A stretch of DNA of 64,000 bases. It comes from Candidatus Marinacidobacterales bacterium (GTDB lineage: Bacteria > Acidobacteriota > Vicinamibacteria > Marinacidobacterales > SMYC01). Under the pieces are notes generated by a model. The model did no database searches, had not been told where the DNA came from, and worked only from the letters and a program-made list of their open reading frames with translations. The stretch spans positions 3,360,001-3,424,000 of the forward strand of contig OZ250169.1 in the NCBI GenBank assembly GCA_965237955.1. The letters are read 5' to 3'. The position numbers and the translations under genes are program-made. This document shows positions 1 through 9,318 of this stretch, piece by piece (the stretch's first letter is position 1; every line of letters starts with the position of its first letter).

Positions 1-2
1 GA

Positions 3-1199
3 CTAGGCGGGCTTGCTCCACCACCATCTCGGCGCACGCCGCGCGCCGCCGGCCAAGAGCGTATCCAGCAAGAGCATGGGTCGTCTCAGAAACGACCCCA
101 TGAGTCGGAAGCGGATCTTGTTCACCCAACGCGGGTAGCCCCGGTTGTAAGGACAGACTCTCAAGCAAATGGAACAATCGGTGACTTGCTTCACCCAAAA
201 GCTGAAGCATTTTTCGGCGTCGGTGGTCCACTTCTTGACGCCGCGGATGTTGGATCGGTTGTATATCCGCTTCGATGGGTCGTCCCAGGTAATCGCCTGA
301 GGGGGACACTCCGCGCTGCAGCGTCGGCATGTGTTGCAGAACTCTTTTACACCGAACCTCTTCGGCCGGTCGTGACCGAGCGGCAGATCGGTAAACACCT
401 TTCCGATTCGTAAGCGCGGTCCCAGCTCTTCGGTGATGAGCAGACCGTGGCGGCCGTATTCGCCGAGTCCCGCCTTGATCGCGTAAGGAATGCTAGCCGC
501 AGTGTCGTTCATACTGGCGTAGGCCCGATACCCCAGGTTGCGGATGTATTGCGCGAGTGCCAGCAAAGTCACTGCGTCTTTAGAATAGCCGACCCCGGTC
601 GCGGTCCCGCTGAGAGCCGAGGGGACGGTCTTGAGGAGGTCATGATCCATCTCATGCACCACCACGATGACCGAGGTCATCCCCTCCGGGAGATCCATGG
701 GCGCCTCGCCCTCGGTGGCCCGGTTATATTTGTGGCTATAGACCCATCGTTCGTCGTAATAGGTGATACCTGTCAGATCGGCCCCCATTAGCTTGGCGAC
801 CTTCTTGATCTCCCGACTCATCTCCTCCGGGTCGCGGATCTCGCGCTGCTCGCTCGCGCCCTCACGGTGTGCGGTCAGATAGTCGAGAAAACCCTCGCGT
901 CGATCTTCGTGAAGAAGCCTCTCGGCGAAAAAGTCTGCGACGTGCCAACCTGCGTTACGGAGGGCGAAGTCCTTTTGGTGATAGCCATCGACGTGACGCC
1001 ATTCCTCCAAGGGGAGACGATAGGATTGATAGAACTTATCGGTGTCTTTCGACCGAATGGTGGAATCCCAGAAGGAACGGCTGAAGATGTCCTCTCTTTG
1101 ATTGAAGCGGCGGAAATCTTCGCTGATTTCGAACCGGGCGTCCTCGTCGGTGGCACAAGGGCGTCGGCACGTCGTGCATTTCGAGTGGTGTTTGCTCAT
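3..1199 (-). CDS. Reductive dehalogenase-like (cobalamin/2x[4Fe-4S]) protein, RdhA/QueG superfamily
   Basis: Motifs AGLGEYGRHGLLIT..GPRLRIGKVFTDLPL, CNTCRRCSAECP and CFSFW..DCSICLRVCP. No twin-arginine signal seen. Confidence 0.85.
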   Translation of the reverse strand: MSKHHSKCTTCRRPCATDEDARFEISEDFRRFNQREDIFSRSFWDSTIRSKDTDKFYQSYRLPLEEWRHVDGYHQKDFALRNAGWHVADFFAERLLHEDRREGFLDYLTAHREGASEQREIRDPEEMSREIKKVAKLMGADLTGITYYDERWVYSHKYNRATEGEAPMDLPEGMTSVIVVVHEMDHDLLKTVPSALSGTATGVGYSKDAVTLLALAQYIRNLGYRAYASMNDTAASIPYAIKAGLGEYGRHGLLITEELGPRLRIGKVFTDLPLGHDRPKRFGVKEFCNTCRRCSAECPPQAITWDDPSKRIYNRSNIRGVKKWTTDAEKCFSFWVKQVTDCSICLRVCPYNRGYPRWVNKIRFRLMGSFLRRPMLLLDTLLAGGARRAPRWWWSKPA

Positions 1200-1363
1200 C
1201 TCAGGAATCGACTCCCGTTTCGCGACGGTAGGTGCTTCCGCAATTAAGTGTTGGCGGCCAGACCGTAACCGGTCTGCGTGCTAGAGTTTGAACCAGAATT
1301 CTGAAGACACAGTTCTCTCATCGTCAGGGCCGAGCCGAAGTGAAGAATAGCAGATGTCTCAAT

Positions 1364-1505
1364 CCCCGTCCTGTGCCAAAACTCGGCCCTTTTGAAACAG
1401 ACCATAAATCAGCAGCTTAGCGTCTGTGTTTGCGACCGGCCCAAGGGCCGTGGGCTTTACAATCGTCTAGCCCGAGGGTGTTATCTTCAGATCCATGATG
1501 ACGTA
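1364..1505 (+). mobile_element. Left end of integrase-core IS (type A), truncated at the first codons (MMTY) of the transposase
   Basis: ccccgtcctgtgccaaaactcggcc...atgatgacgta is near-identical to the reverse complement of about 8545-8687. Confidence 0.8.
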
Positions 1506-1593
1506 CCCCGTCCTGTGCCAAAACTCGGCCTTTTTGAAATAGGCCATAAATCAGCAACTTAGTGTCTGTGTTTGCGACAGGGCCAAGGGCCGT
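1506..1593 (+). mobile_element. Second tandem left end of the type A IS
   Basis: Direct repeat of 1364-1451 with a few substitutions. It is cut off by the IS3-like end at 1594. Confidence 0.8.
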
Positions 1594-2385
1594 CGGAACG
1601 TGTCAACGACATTGAGACACCCGCGTGTTGCATTTAGTGAGCCTCGATTGGTGTCGCCGGGCTCATGACGACGTCGCGGTCTACGTCCGCTTCGACCGCG
1701 AACGCGCCACAAGGAGTGGAAACAGGGGGTAGCTCAGGTATGGACCACCCCGAGCAAGTCGCTGTTTCAGCCTCCTGGTGCGTTGTTTTTTCCGGCGGAG
1801 GGTTGATCCAGGCCTGAGGGGGCACAACGGGAGGTTGAGGAGTTCCGCGAACGAATCGTTCGGGGTGAGCCCGCTGAGCTTGGACGAGGGTCTGGCGTCG
1901 AGCCGAGGTGAGTTTTTCCGCGCGCCCATGATGAACGACGGCTGGAGTCATGAGACCGATTCCCGAGTGCCGGTGTTCGTGGTTGTAGTAGCCGAAGAAG
2001 TTACGGCAGAACAGGCGAGCATCCTCGATGGAACCGAAACGCTGCGGGAACTGAGGGCAATACTTCAGCATCTTGAATTGAGACTCGGAATAGGGATTGT
2101 CGTTCGAGACATGAGGTCGCGAGTGAGTCTTGGTCACGCCGAGGTCGGCTAGGAGCAAGGCTACGGGCTTGCTTTGTATCGAGCTGCCGCGATCCGCGTG
2201 GAGGGTGAGCTCACCCGGTTCAATGTCCTGCTTGCGACAGCTCTCGGCGATGAGGCGGCGTGCGAGCTCGGAACTTTCGCGGTGAGCCAGCATCCAGCCC
2301 GTCACGTAGCGGGAGAAGATGTCGAGGATGACGTACAGGTAGTAGTAGGTCCACTTGACGGGGCCACGAAGCTTCGTGATGTCCC
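1594..2385 (-). pseudogene. IS3-family transposase, 3' half with right end; 5' half deleted
   Basis: DITKLRGP..YYLYVILDIFSRYVTGW..HADRGSS..HSRPHVSNDNPYSESQFK (DDE). End sequence tgtctcaatgtcgttgacacgttccg. It abuts the stop of the Gfo gene. Confidence 0.85.
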
Positions 2386-3369
2386 TCACTCCATCGAGTA
2401 GGTGAGGCCCCACTGGCCCCGGATCCGGTCCGCGAGATGCATGAGAGCCAGGGACTCATCGAGGGGCATCACGGCGCTCTCTTTGTCGCCTGCCCGCAGG
2501 CAACGACCGACCTCGTCCGCCTCGTAGTTATAGCCGTTCCCCCGCAGGGGTAACTCGACCAGTTCCTGATTACGGCCACGGGTCACGGTGAGGCCGGCGC
2601 TCTTGAAGAAGGGGCTGTGGAGGCGAATCGAGCCGTCCGTACCGAAGAGTGTGGCCTCGACGGTGGTGCGGGTGCGTACAGCGCAGGAGAGCACGGCGAG
2701 TTCGCCTCCGGCATACTTGAGTAGCACCGCGGACTGCTCGTCGACGCCCGTTTCACCGAGCTGGGCGGTGGACACGACCTCCTGCGGTTTCGGGCCCAGG
2801 ACCATGCTCGCGAGGGACAGGACATAGATACCGACGTCGAGGAGGGCGCCTCCACCAAGGGCCTTGTTGAAGAGTCGTGACTCGGGATTCATGCTGGCAC
2901 GGAAGCCGAAGTCGGCCTGCACCATTCGCACGTCACCGATCGCGCCCTCGGCAATGAGTTCGCGCGCACGGACCACGGCGGGGATGTAGCGCGTCCACAT
3001 CGCTTCCATCAGGAACATTCCTTGCTTGCGGGCCACGCCGATGACCGTCTGAGCCTGCTCGGCGTTCATGGTGAAGGGCTTCTCGCACAGGACGGCCTTG
3101 CCCTGCTCGAGGAGCAAGATGCTGTTGTCCTTGTGGAAGGGATGAGGCGTCGACACGTAGACGGCATCAACGTCAGGATCGGCGGCGAGGGCCTCGTAAC
3201 TGGCGTGGCTCCGCGGGATGTCGAACTCGTCAGCGAATGCATCCGCGGTCTCGCCGCTGCGCGAGCCGACGGCGACCAGGGAGACGTCATGGGCGTCGGC
3301 GAGACCCTGAGCAAACTGATGGGCGATGTTGCCGGTGCCGAGAATGCCCCAGCGGATCGAGTCGGTCAT
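2386..3369 (-). CDS. Gfo/Idh/MocA family oxidoreductase
   Basis: IRWGILGTGNIA Rossmann motif, VLCEKP, GGGALLDVGIY. ATG at 3369 with aaggag RBS. Confidence 0.92.
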   Translation of the reverse strand: MTDSIRWGILGTGNIAHQFAQGLADAHDVSLVAVGSRSGETADAFADEFDIPRSHASYEALAADPDVDAVYVSTPHPFHKDNSILLLEQGKAVLCEKPFTMNAEQAQTVIGVARKQGMFLMEAMWTRYIPAVVRARELIAEGAIGDVRMVQADFGFRASMNPESRLFNKALGGGALLDVGIYVLSLASMVLGPKPQEVVSTAQLGETGVDEQSAVLLKYAGGELAVLSCAVRTRTTVEATLFGTDGSIRLHSPFFKSAGLTVTRGRNQELVELPLRGNGYNYEADEVGRCLRAGDKESAVMPLDESLALMHLADRIRGQWGLTYSME

Positions 3370-3556
3370 GTCTTCTCCTTTCAGCAGCTTAGACACCCTT
3401 GGAATCCGCGCAGAATCGAGGGTATTTCGTGCCGCAGGCCTGGCTTCCAAGAAAATCGTGAATCGAATGTCCCCGTGGCCGTATCCTAGCAATTGACGCG
3501 GCCACGCGGGTACATCTCACCAACACTTGATGGCGGAAACATCTCAAGGAGTAAGG

Positions 3557-6500
3557 TCAGGGCTCCGCCGGCGGCCAAGATTGGCCGGACGCGAGATCGG
3601 GGTGACGCAGTTCACGTGTTGGCCTGCCATGCTCAAGGCGCCACTCCTCGATCTCTCCTAGAAGCATGAGGGCGGATTTTCGACGCTTTGGATCCTGAAG
3701 GGTCATTCTGAACAGCCGCAAGCGCAGCTCGTTTGACGCGCGCGGGTGCTCAGTAAAGACATTGGGATTTTGCCCGTAGGGTCGTCGCTCGACGAAAGCG
3801 CTTTCGAGTTGCTCCCAGGTGCCTTGCGGAACCGGCGAGGGTTTGGCGTCGTCGATAAGGTTCAGACTCGCGGCAAGGGCTTCGGGCGTTCCGAGACAGC
3901 CCATGACACTCGAAAGGACGTGTCGATTGAGTTCCGGTAGGTCGCGTTCGCACAATTGCTGCAGCCGCGCGGCCACCTCCGGCTTACGCTGGGCCAGTTC
4001 TGTGATCCGGGCAACCAGCACGTCCTCGCGGTCAGGACGGCGCGTCAGCGCGATTCCGCGGACATCCGGGTCGACAAAACCCAAGAGCAGTTCGCATGCG
4101 CGCGGCGTATCGAGCGCGGCGACCGCGTTGATAAGACTTTCCTCGCATTGCTCGAACGTCTGCGCATCGGAGGCGAGCTCGTACAGAAGATCGATGGCGG
4201 CAGCCGAGCGGCTCTCGCTGAGAGCGGTGATAAGCTCGCACAGTTCGTATCCCCAGAACCGCCACTTTCGGAGCACATCACGAACCTTGGCGATCCCTGC
4301 TGCAGGGTCGTCAACGAAGGGGCAGAGCGCGAGGATGCGACGCAGAAGGTCTTTATCTGAATCCTGCATCCACCCCTCTGTCCGCTCAAGGATGGAATCA
4401 GCCAGAGCGAACGCGGTGGTCGCGGGCAAAACGCCACCAGCCATCAACAAGCGCTCGGCGGCGGCGAGACAGACGTATTGATCCCATTGGCCTGGCATGG
4501 CAATCACGTCGAGCACCGCTGCCGCAGAACCGCGGCCGTCAATGGCGGCAAGCGCATTTGCGAGCTCTTTCAGGCCGGCGGCTGATTTCCCGTCTTCATT
4601 CTGCTCTCGCAGGCGTTTGATTTCGGCTTTGAGTGCGGCGACGAACCGTGTGCGTCGCTGGTTGTTGCCGGATGGCGGCGTACGGTCTTCGCGCGCTGCC
4701 CACATCAAATCGTAGCGGAACGTCATGTCGAAGGAGCGCTCCGGCTTTGGCACGAAGTCTTGCGCCATCGCAGCCGCAGCGTCAGTGAGGTATTCCGGCT
4801 CGGGAAGTAGGTCAATGAGCACCTGCTCGGCGCCGGCGGGGTCTAGGTGCATGACGGCAGCGATGTGCCGGCGGGCTTGGTACATGCGACTGCCATTGCC
4901 GAGAGGCCCTCGATCGCCGACGGCGAGCGCCGCCTGGCCGCGGCGCATCCTCTCGATGTCCGCGCGGATGAGGGTCACCAGATCCGCTATATCTTCGGGT
5001 TCTCCGACCTGTGCGATCGATGAGGCCAGGTTGGCTTTCTCCGTACCGTTGAAGTCATCCTGGCGGAGCACAAGATCGACGCTGCCTATAAGGTACGCGC
5101 GGAGACGCGCCTTCAGGTCATCGTCGGCGATGAGCAGCGGTTCCACGTCCGACCTGGCGACTCTACTGAGAAGGCCCGCGGCGACTTTGATGTCGAGGGG
5201 GTCGCCGCCCGTGATGGACGAGAGGAGGCCGGCCGCGGTGACGTCGTCGGGAAGGCGGCGAAACACGGCCTCTAGCTGTCTTATCACCTGCCACTCGAAT
5301 TCGTGCTGGCCGGGCTCCGCATCCACCTTCCGCCACAACTCGCGCAGCTTCGCAAACACGCGCGCCGTAAGCCTTGTATCCGCGCGGGCAGCGATCACGG
5401 CAATCATGCCCTCAAAGCGCACGTTCTTGAGGTCTTCGGTCTCAACGCGTTGCAGGGATTTCTCGACGAGGTCGTCGGGAATGGCGGTCACGAACGGCAA
5501 CAAGTACTCGTCCGCGTAGAGGACGCCTTCGGAAATCTGGATTGCCACCCACTCGCTCGCCCACGCAGGATCGGTATTGCGTAGATGCTTGAGCGCCGGT
5601 TGAATGTAGTGCGGACCCAGGTTCCACATGTCGCCACTGGGCAGCGCTTCTATCGCATCCTTGATGACGCCGTCCAAGCCTGTCTCACCGAACTCGACCA
5701 AATTGAGCGCCGTTCGCAGGCGCGCGGGATGGTCTTTGCTGGTCTCGATGAATTTACGCATCGCGGCGACGGTCTTGGATCTGAGCGCCGTGGGCATTTG
5801 GTCGGCACTCTTGCGCGCAACATCCTCAAATGTCTGCACATCCATCGATTCGAGGACGCGGGTCAGCGTGTCGTCAGACCTAGTCCACATGAGACCCGAG
5901 ACCGCCGCCTTCTTCACCGTGATGCTGTCGTCCTCCATAGCGAAAGCCGCGACTTCGTCATCGATACAATGATGAAGCAATTCGGAGACAAAATCCGCTC
6001 GCACCTCGTCGCTCCAGCCGCGCACCTGCTCGCGCCAGTTCGGTCCAAGCAACGAGACCCGGATATCCGGCCACAGCCGGTACGTGCGAAGCCGCGTTTC
6101 TTGGTCTTTCCCCGAGAGAAGCGGCACGATGATGTCGCTGAAGTCGTCCACGCCGGTGGCGAGCATGGCGGCGAGGGCATACTGCCGATAGTTGCCGTCG
6201 CGGATTGCATAGACGGCGCGGAAGCGCTCACTGACGACGGCGCAAACTTCATTCCAGACGGTCGAGCCGCAAAGCTGCGCAAGCTCGCCGGCAAATACGA
6301 GATCGACGGCGAGCGCCATCTCCACCAACTTCCCTCCGACGCGGGTGCTTCGCTTGTCGACTCCCCCATCGCCGCTCTGCTCGGCAAACGTCTCGGCGAT
6401 CATGCGTAATGGTTCGGCCCATGCCGGATCGTCCACGTAGTCGGCTGTGAAGCGACCGGTCAAGTCGTGGTCATCGTCCCGCAGGTCGAGAAGCCGCGCG

Positions 6501-8062
6501 CGGATGTCGAGCGCAGCGAAGTATTCCTGAAGCTGCTGATGCTCGAATCGAAACCTTGTTTGCGGGTAGTCAACGAGCTCGAGAACGTGGTGCGCCGTGA
6601 GCGCCGCCAGGACCATCGGCCCTCCCACAGGATCGATTTGCCCACTGTTCGCAAGCACTCGTGCGACGGCAGCGACGATAGCGCGGGCATCAGCCTCGGG
6701 CAATGCCACCGCACCGCGGCGGGTCATCTCAGTTGCGAGGGCCTTCAAGTAGTCCGTTTGCCGGCCGAAGATCGGTGCAGCTTGTAGCGCGTTTCCGTGT
6801 TCGTACCGTTGTTCTTGCAGACGGCGAACCTGGGCTAGGACGCCGATTTTCGTGGAGGGAATTTCGGCACCCGCTTCAAACAGCGAAGCGACTTCCGAGA
6901 GAATGAACGGCGTGCGGGTCAGCTCGTCGAGGGACGGGTCGGCGTCGATGCGGGCGCGAAGCTCGGCGCCTTTCGCGCCAAGGCGGGCCTCAATGTAGGC
7001 TGCGCGCTGCGCGCGCCGAAGGTACAACAACCGCAGCCGCAATGCACCGGGCAACGGCGGCGTCAAGTGGTGCGTGCGGGTTGCGACGATGATGCCCGCG
7101 CTCGGAAAATCGCGTTCGAGCTCCCGGAGTGCGTCGTTTGCCTGCGCGGAATCCGACTCCGCAATTTCGTTCCAGCCGTTCAACAACAACAGAAACGGTT
7201 CCGTCTGCTGCACGCGTGCGAGGTCGGCGGCCGTGAGGCGTTCAGCTAGGAAAGCAGGCATCCCGGCAATGTATTCGAGAATCCCCCGGCGCGATGACGT
7301 CCACGCCGGAAGGTCGACCATGAAGGGTGTGCCGGCGGTGCGCGCGCGTTGTGCGAGCTGTATCAGCGTCGTCGTTTTTCCGCGGCCAGCGGGCCCTTCG
7401 AGAACGATGCGACGGCTCTGCGACAGTACCTGGTCGATCTGCTCAAGCGACAGCACGTCGGCAGACTCCGCGCCATCCGGATCAAGCCTCACCGCTGTAA
7501 GATCGACAAGCGGATGTCCCTTTGTCTTGCCAGCCCAGGTCCTCGTGACGGCGGCAGCCGCGCGCCGTGTTCTGTCAATGAGGTCTGCAACCTGCGGTTC
7601 GGAATCGATATCGATGTGGAGGAAGCTGGCACGGACCGAAGCGTTCTCCGGCATCATCATCAGAGTGATGATTTCCTCGCGCTCGATGATGTGAAGTTCG
7701 AGGCCGTGCTCTTTCTGAATTATCTCTTCCCACTGCTTTCGGTCGGCGTTGCCGACTTTGGCGGCCGTTACGAAGAGGAGCGTCCTTAATTCAGGAAAGT
7801 TCTTTTTAGCGGTCTTCGCGTCGGTAGAAATCTTCCTCAGCGTCGGCGTGATCGAGGCGGCGAGTCCCTTGCCGATTTTATCAGGCGTCAGGCTCGCGGG
7901 CGCATAGGCGTCGAGGCCGAGATCCTTCTTTCGCTGGCGGGCGATGAGTTCGGGCCAGCGCTTCTTGCCGAGTACTACCGCCAGACCCTGAAAACGCATT
8001 CCCTCCTCTTGAGAGGCGAGCTCGTCGAGAGCCCTTTCGATGTCGGTTCTCAGAATGGCCAT
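3557..8062 (-). CDS. STAND/NACHT NTPase (NLR/Avs-like) with N-terminal REase-like domain and long helical C-terminus; putative anti-phage protein
   Basis: Walker A GPAGRGKTT, Walker B-like LLLLNGWNE, IIVATR, LTRTPFIL, FEHQQLQEYFAA winged-helix motif. N-terminal RFQGLA..KDLGLDA. Confidence 0.8.
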   Translation of the reverse strand: MAILRTDIERALDELASQEEGMRFQGLAVVLGKKRWPELIARQRKKDLGLDAYAPASLTPDKIGKGLAASITPTLRKISTDAKTAKKNFPELRTLLFVTAAKVGNADRKQWEEIIQKEHGLELHIIEREEIITLMMMPENASVRASFLHIDIDSEPQVADLIDRTRRAAAAVTRTWAGKTKGHPLVDLTAVRLDPDGAESADVLSLEQIDQVLSQSRRIVLEGPAGRGKTTTLIQLAQRARTAGTPFMVDLPAWTSSRRGILEYIAGMPAFLAERLTAADLARVQQTEPFLLLLNGWNEIAESDSAQANDALRELERDFPSAGIIVATRTHHLTPPLPGALRLRLLYLRRAQRAAYIEARLGAKGAELRARIDADPSLDELTRTPFILSEVASLFEAGAEIPSTKIGVLAQVRRLQEQRYEHGNALQAAPIFGRQTDYLKALATEMTRRGAVALPEADARAIVAAVARVLANSGQIDPVGGPMVLAALTAHHVLELVDYPQTRFRFEHQQLQEYFAALDIRARLLDLRDDDHDLTGRFTADYVDDPAWAEPLRMIAETFAEQSGDGGVDKRSTRVGGKLVEMALAVDLVFAGELAQLCGSTVWNEVCAVVSERFRAVYAIRDGNYRQYALAAMLATGVDDFSDIIVPLLSGKDQETRLRTYRLWPDIRVSLLGPNWREQVRGWSDEVRADFVSELLHHCIDDEVAAFAMEDDSITVKKAAVSGLMWTRSDDTLTRVLESMDVQTFEDVARKSADQMPTALRSKTVAAMRKFIETSKDHPARLRTALNLVEFGETGLDGVIKDAIEALPSGDMWNLGPHYIQPALKHLRNTDPAWASEWVAIQISEGVLYADEYLLPFVTAIPDDLVEKSLQRVETEDLKNVRFEGMIAVIAARADTRLTARVFAKLRELWRKVDAEPGQHEFEWQVIRQLEAVFRRLPDDVTAAGLLSSITGGDPLDIKVAAGLLSRVARSDVEPLLIADDDLKARLRAYLIGSVDLVLRQDDFNGTEKANLASSIAQVGEPEDIADLVTLIRADIERMRRGQAALAVGDRGPLGNGSRMYQARRHIAAVMHLDPAGAEQVLIDLLPEPEYLTDAAAAMAQDFVPKPERSFDMTFRYDLMWAAREDRTPPSGNNQRRTRFVAALKAEIKRLREQNEDGKSAAGLKELANALAAIDGRGSAAAVLDVIAMPGQWDQYVCLAAAERLLMAGGVLPATTAFALADSILERTEGWMQDSDKDLLRRILALCPFVDDPAAGIAKVRDVLRKWRFWGYELCELITALSESRSAAAIDLLYELASDAQTFEQCEESLINAVAALDTPRACELLLGFVDPDVRGIALTRRPDREDVLVARITELAQRKPEVAARLQQLCERDLPELNRHVLSSVMGCLGTPEALAASLNLIDDAKPSPVPQGTWEQLESAFVERRPYGQNPNVFTEHPRASNELRLRLFRMTLQDPKRRKSALMLLGEIEEWRLEHGRPTRELRHPDLASGQSWPPAEP

Positions 8063-8131
8063 TCGAATCCTGCGCTACAAGTCGGAGGCATCCGGGAAAA
8101 TATGCCACGGCTGGCTCGACCGTTCCAGCTG

Positions 8132-8687
8132 CCCGTATGGTGCAAATAGTACGTCGAGCTCGACGTCGGCCTGTGGAGGGTCGATGACCGGATCTGCGCG
8201 AAGCGAGGATTCGATGGGCCGCCAGCCGAGGTCAATGCCACGACGGCCGTCGGAGGTCGGCCTGGGCTCCGGTTCTTGGTGCCATCGTACTTGGCTGCGA
8301 TGAGGTAGCGGTACCAGCGCAGAAGCGTAGCGGGTGTGGCAACCGACGCAATCTGGGCCAGTGCCTCGCGGCCCAGAGCCTGAGCCTTGACGGCGAGCCT
8401 GCGTCGGTCGTCGTCAGAGAGCCTGAGACGCTTGCCCCGAAGCCCGGCTCGGAGCACACGGTTTTCCTCTCGCAGGTAGTCGATCACATCCTGCTGCTGG
8501 CGGTTGACCCAGCCGGCCAGAACGAGCAGTAAGAATCGCACGTGGTACGTCATCATGGGTCTGAAGATAACACCCTCGGGTCAGACGATTGTAGAGCCCA
8601 CGGCCCTTGGCCCAGTCGCAAAACACAGACGCTAAGCTGCTGATTTATGGTCTATTAAAAGGGGCCGAGTTTTGGCACAGGACGGGG
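8132..8687 (-). mobile_element. Internally deleted type A IS carrying only the transposase N-terminus (8556 to about 8250)
   Basis: ORF MMTYHVRFLLLVLAGWVNRQQQDVIDYLREENRVL..TPATLLRWYR..KYDG..PGRP. Left end at 8687, candidate right end cccgtatggtgcaaa at 8132. Confidence 0.75.
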
Positions 8688-8694
8688 TAGCGAA

Positions 8695-8906
8695 CCCGTC
8701 CTGTCCAAAAACACAAACGAACTTAAGACTGGCGCGCCGGGACGTTTCGGATCAGAGACGTCTGAGGCTTGGTTGGCCAATGGAAGCTAGAATCCTCGGT
8801 CATGAGGAGGCAGAGCCAGCCCTGGACATGGTTGGTCGTCGCCATCGCTGGTTGGATCCAGCGTGACCAACAGGCCGCTATCGTTTGTGTTTTTGGACAC
8901 GACGAG
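8695..8906 (+). mobile_element. 212-bp MITE-like derivative (type B) of a related IS
   Basis: TIRs cgtcctgtccaaaaacacaaacga / tcgtttgtgtttttggacacgacg. Internal fragment WLVVAIAGWIQRDQQAAI is homologous to the type A transposase start. Confidence 0.85.
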
Positions 8907-8969
8907 ATCGCCTACCGCTGGATCGACTTTTTGCGGAGCACACGTGGAGAGTTTGTTTGCCGTAAAGGA

Positions 8970-9318
8970 CTAGTAGGCTTCACCCCACTTGCCGGTAAAC
9001 GCGATCTCGTCTTGACGCCTGCGAGTCCGCGATGCAGGCATGTCTTCGGTGGAATAGCCGATCGCGAGCACCGCTACCGGATCGAATCCTTCGGGAATCC
9101 CGTACGTTTCGCGCGCTTTGACGACATCGAATCCCGCCATCTGATGAACGTGGAGGCTAAGCAACGTCGCTTGCACGATGAGCTGCGACACAGCGAGGCC
9201 GACATCGTGGTACCCGTGTCGGTTCGCTTTGTCGCCGCGCGTAAACCTGAGCTTCGCCGCCGATAGTATCAGGACCGGTGCGGTCTCGGCCCACTCCTGG
9301 TTGCCGGGAGCGAGACAC
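8970..9318 (-). pseudogene. Nitroreductase family protein, C-terminal part; 5' end lost at IS5
   Basis: WAETAPVLIL..HDVGLAVSQLIVQAT..VHQMAGFD..PVAVLAIGY. Confidence 0.85.

Noticed and set aside
1364-1593. Tandem ~90-bp repeats as a CRISPR or ncRNA array
   Set aside because: Only two units, no spacers and no cas genes. They match the leader of the transposase fragment at 8556-8687.
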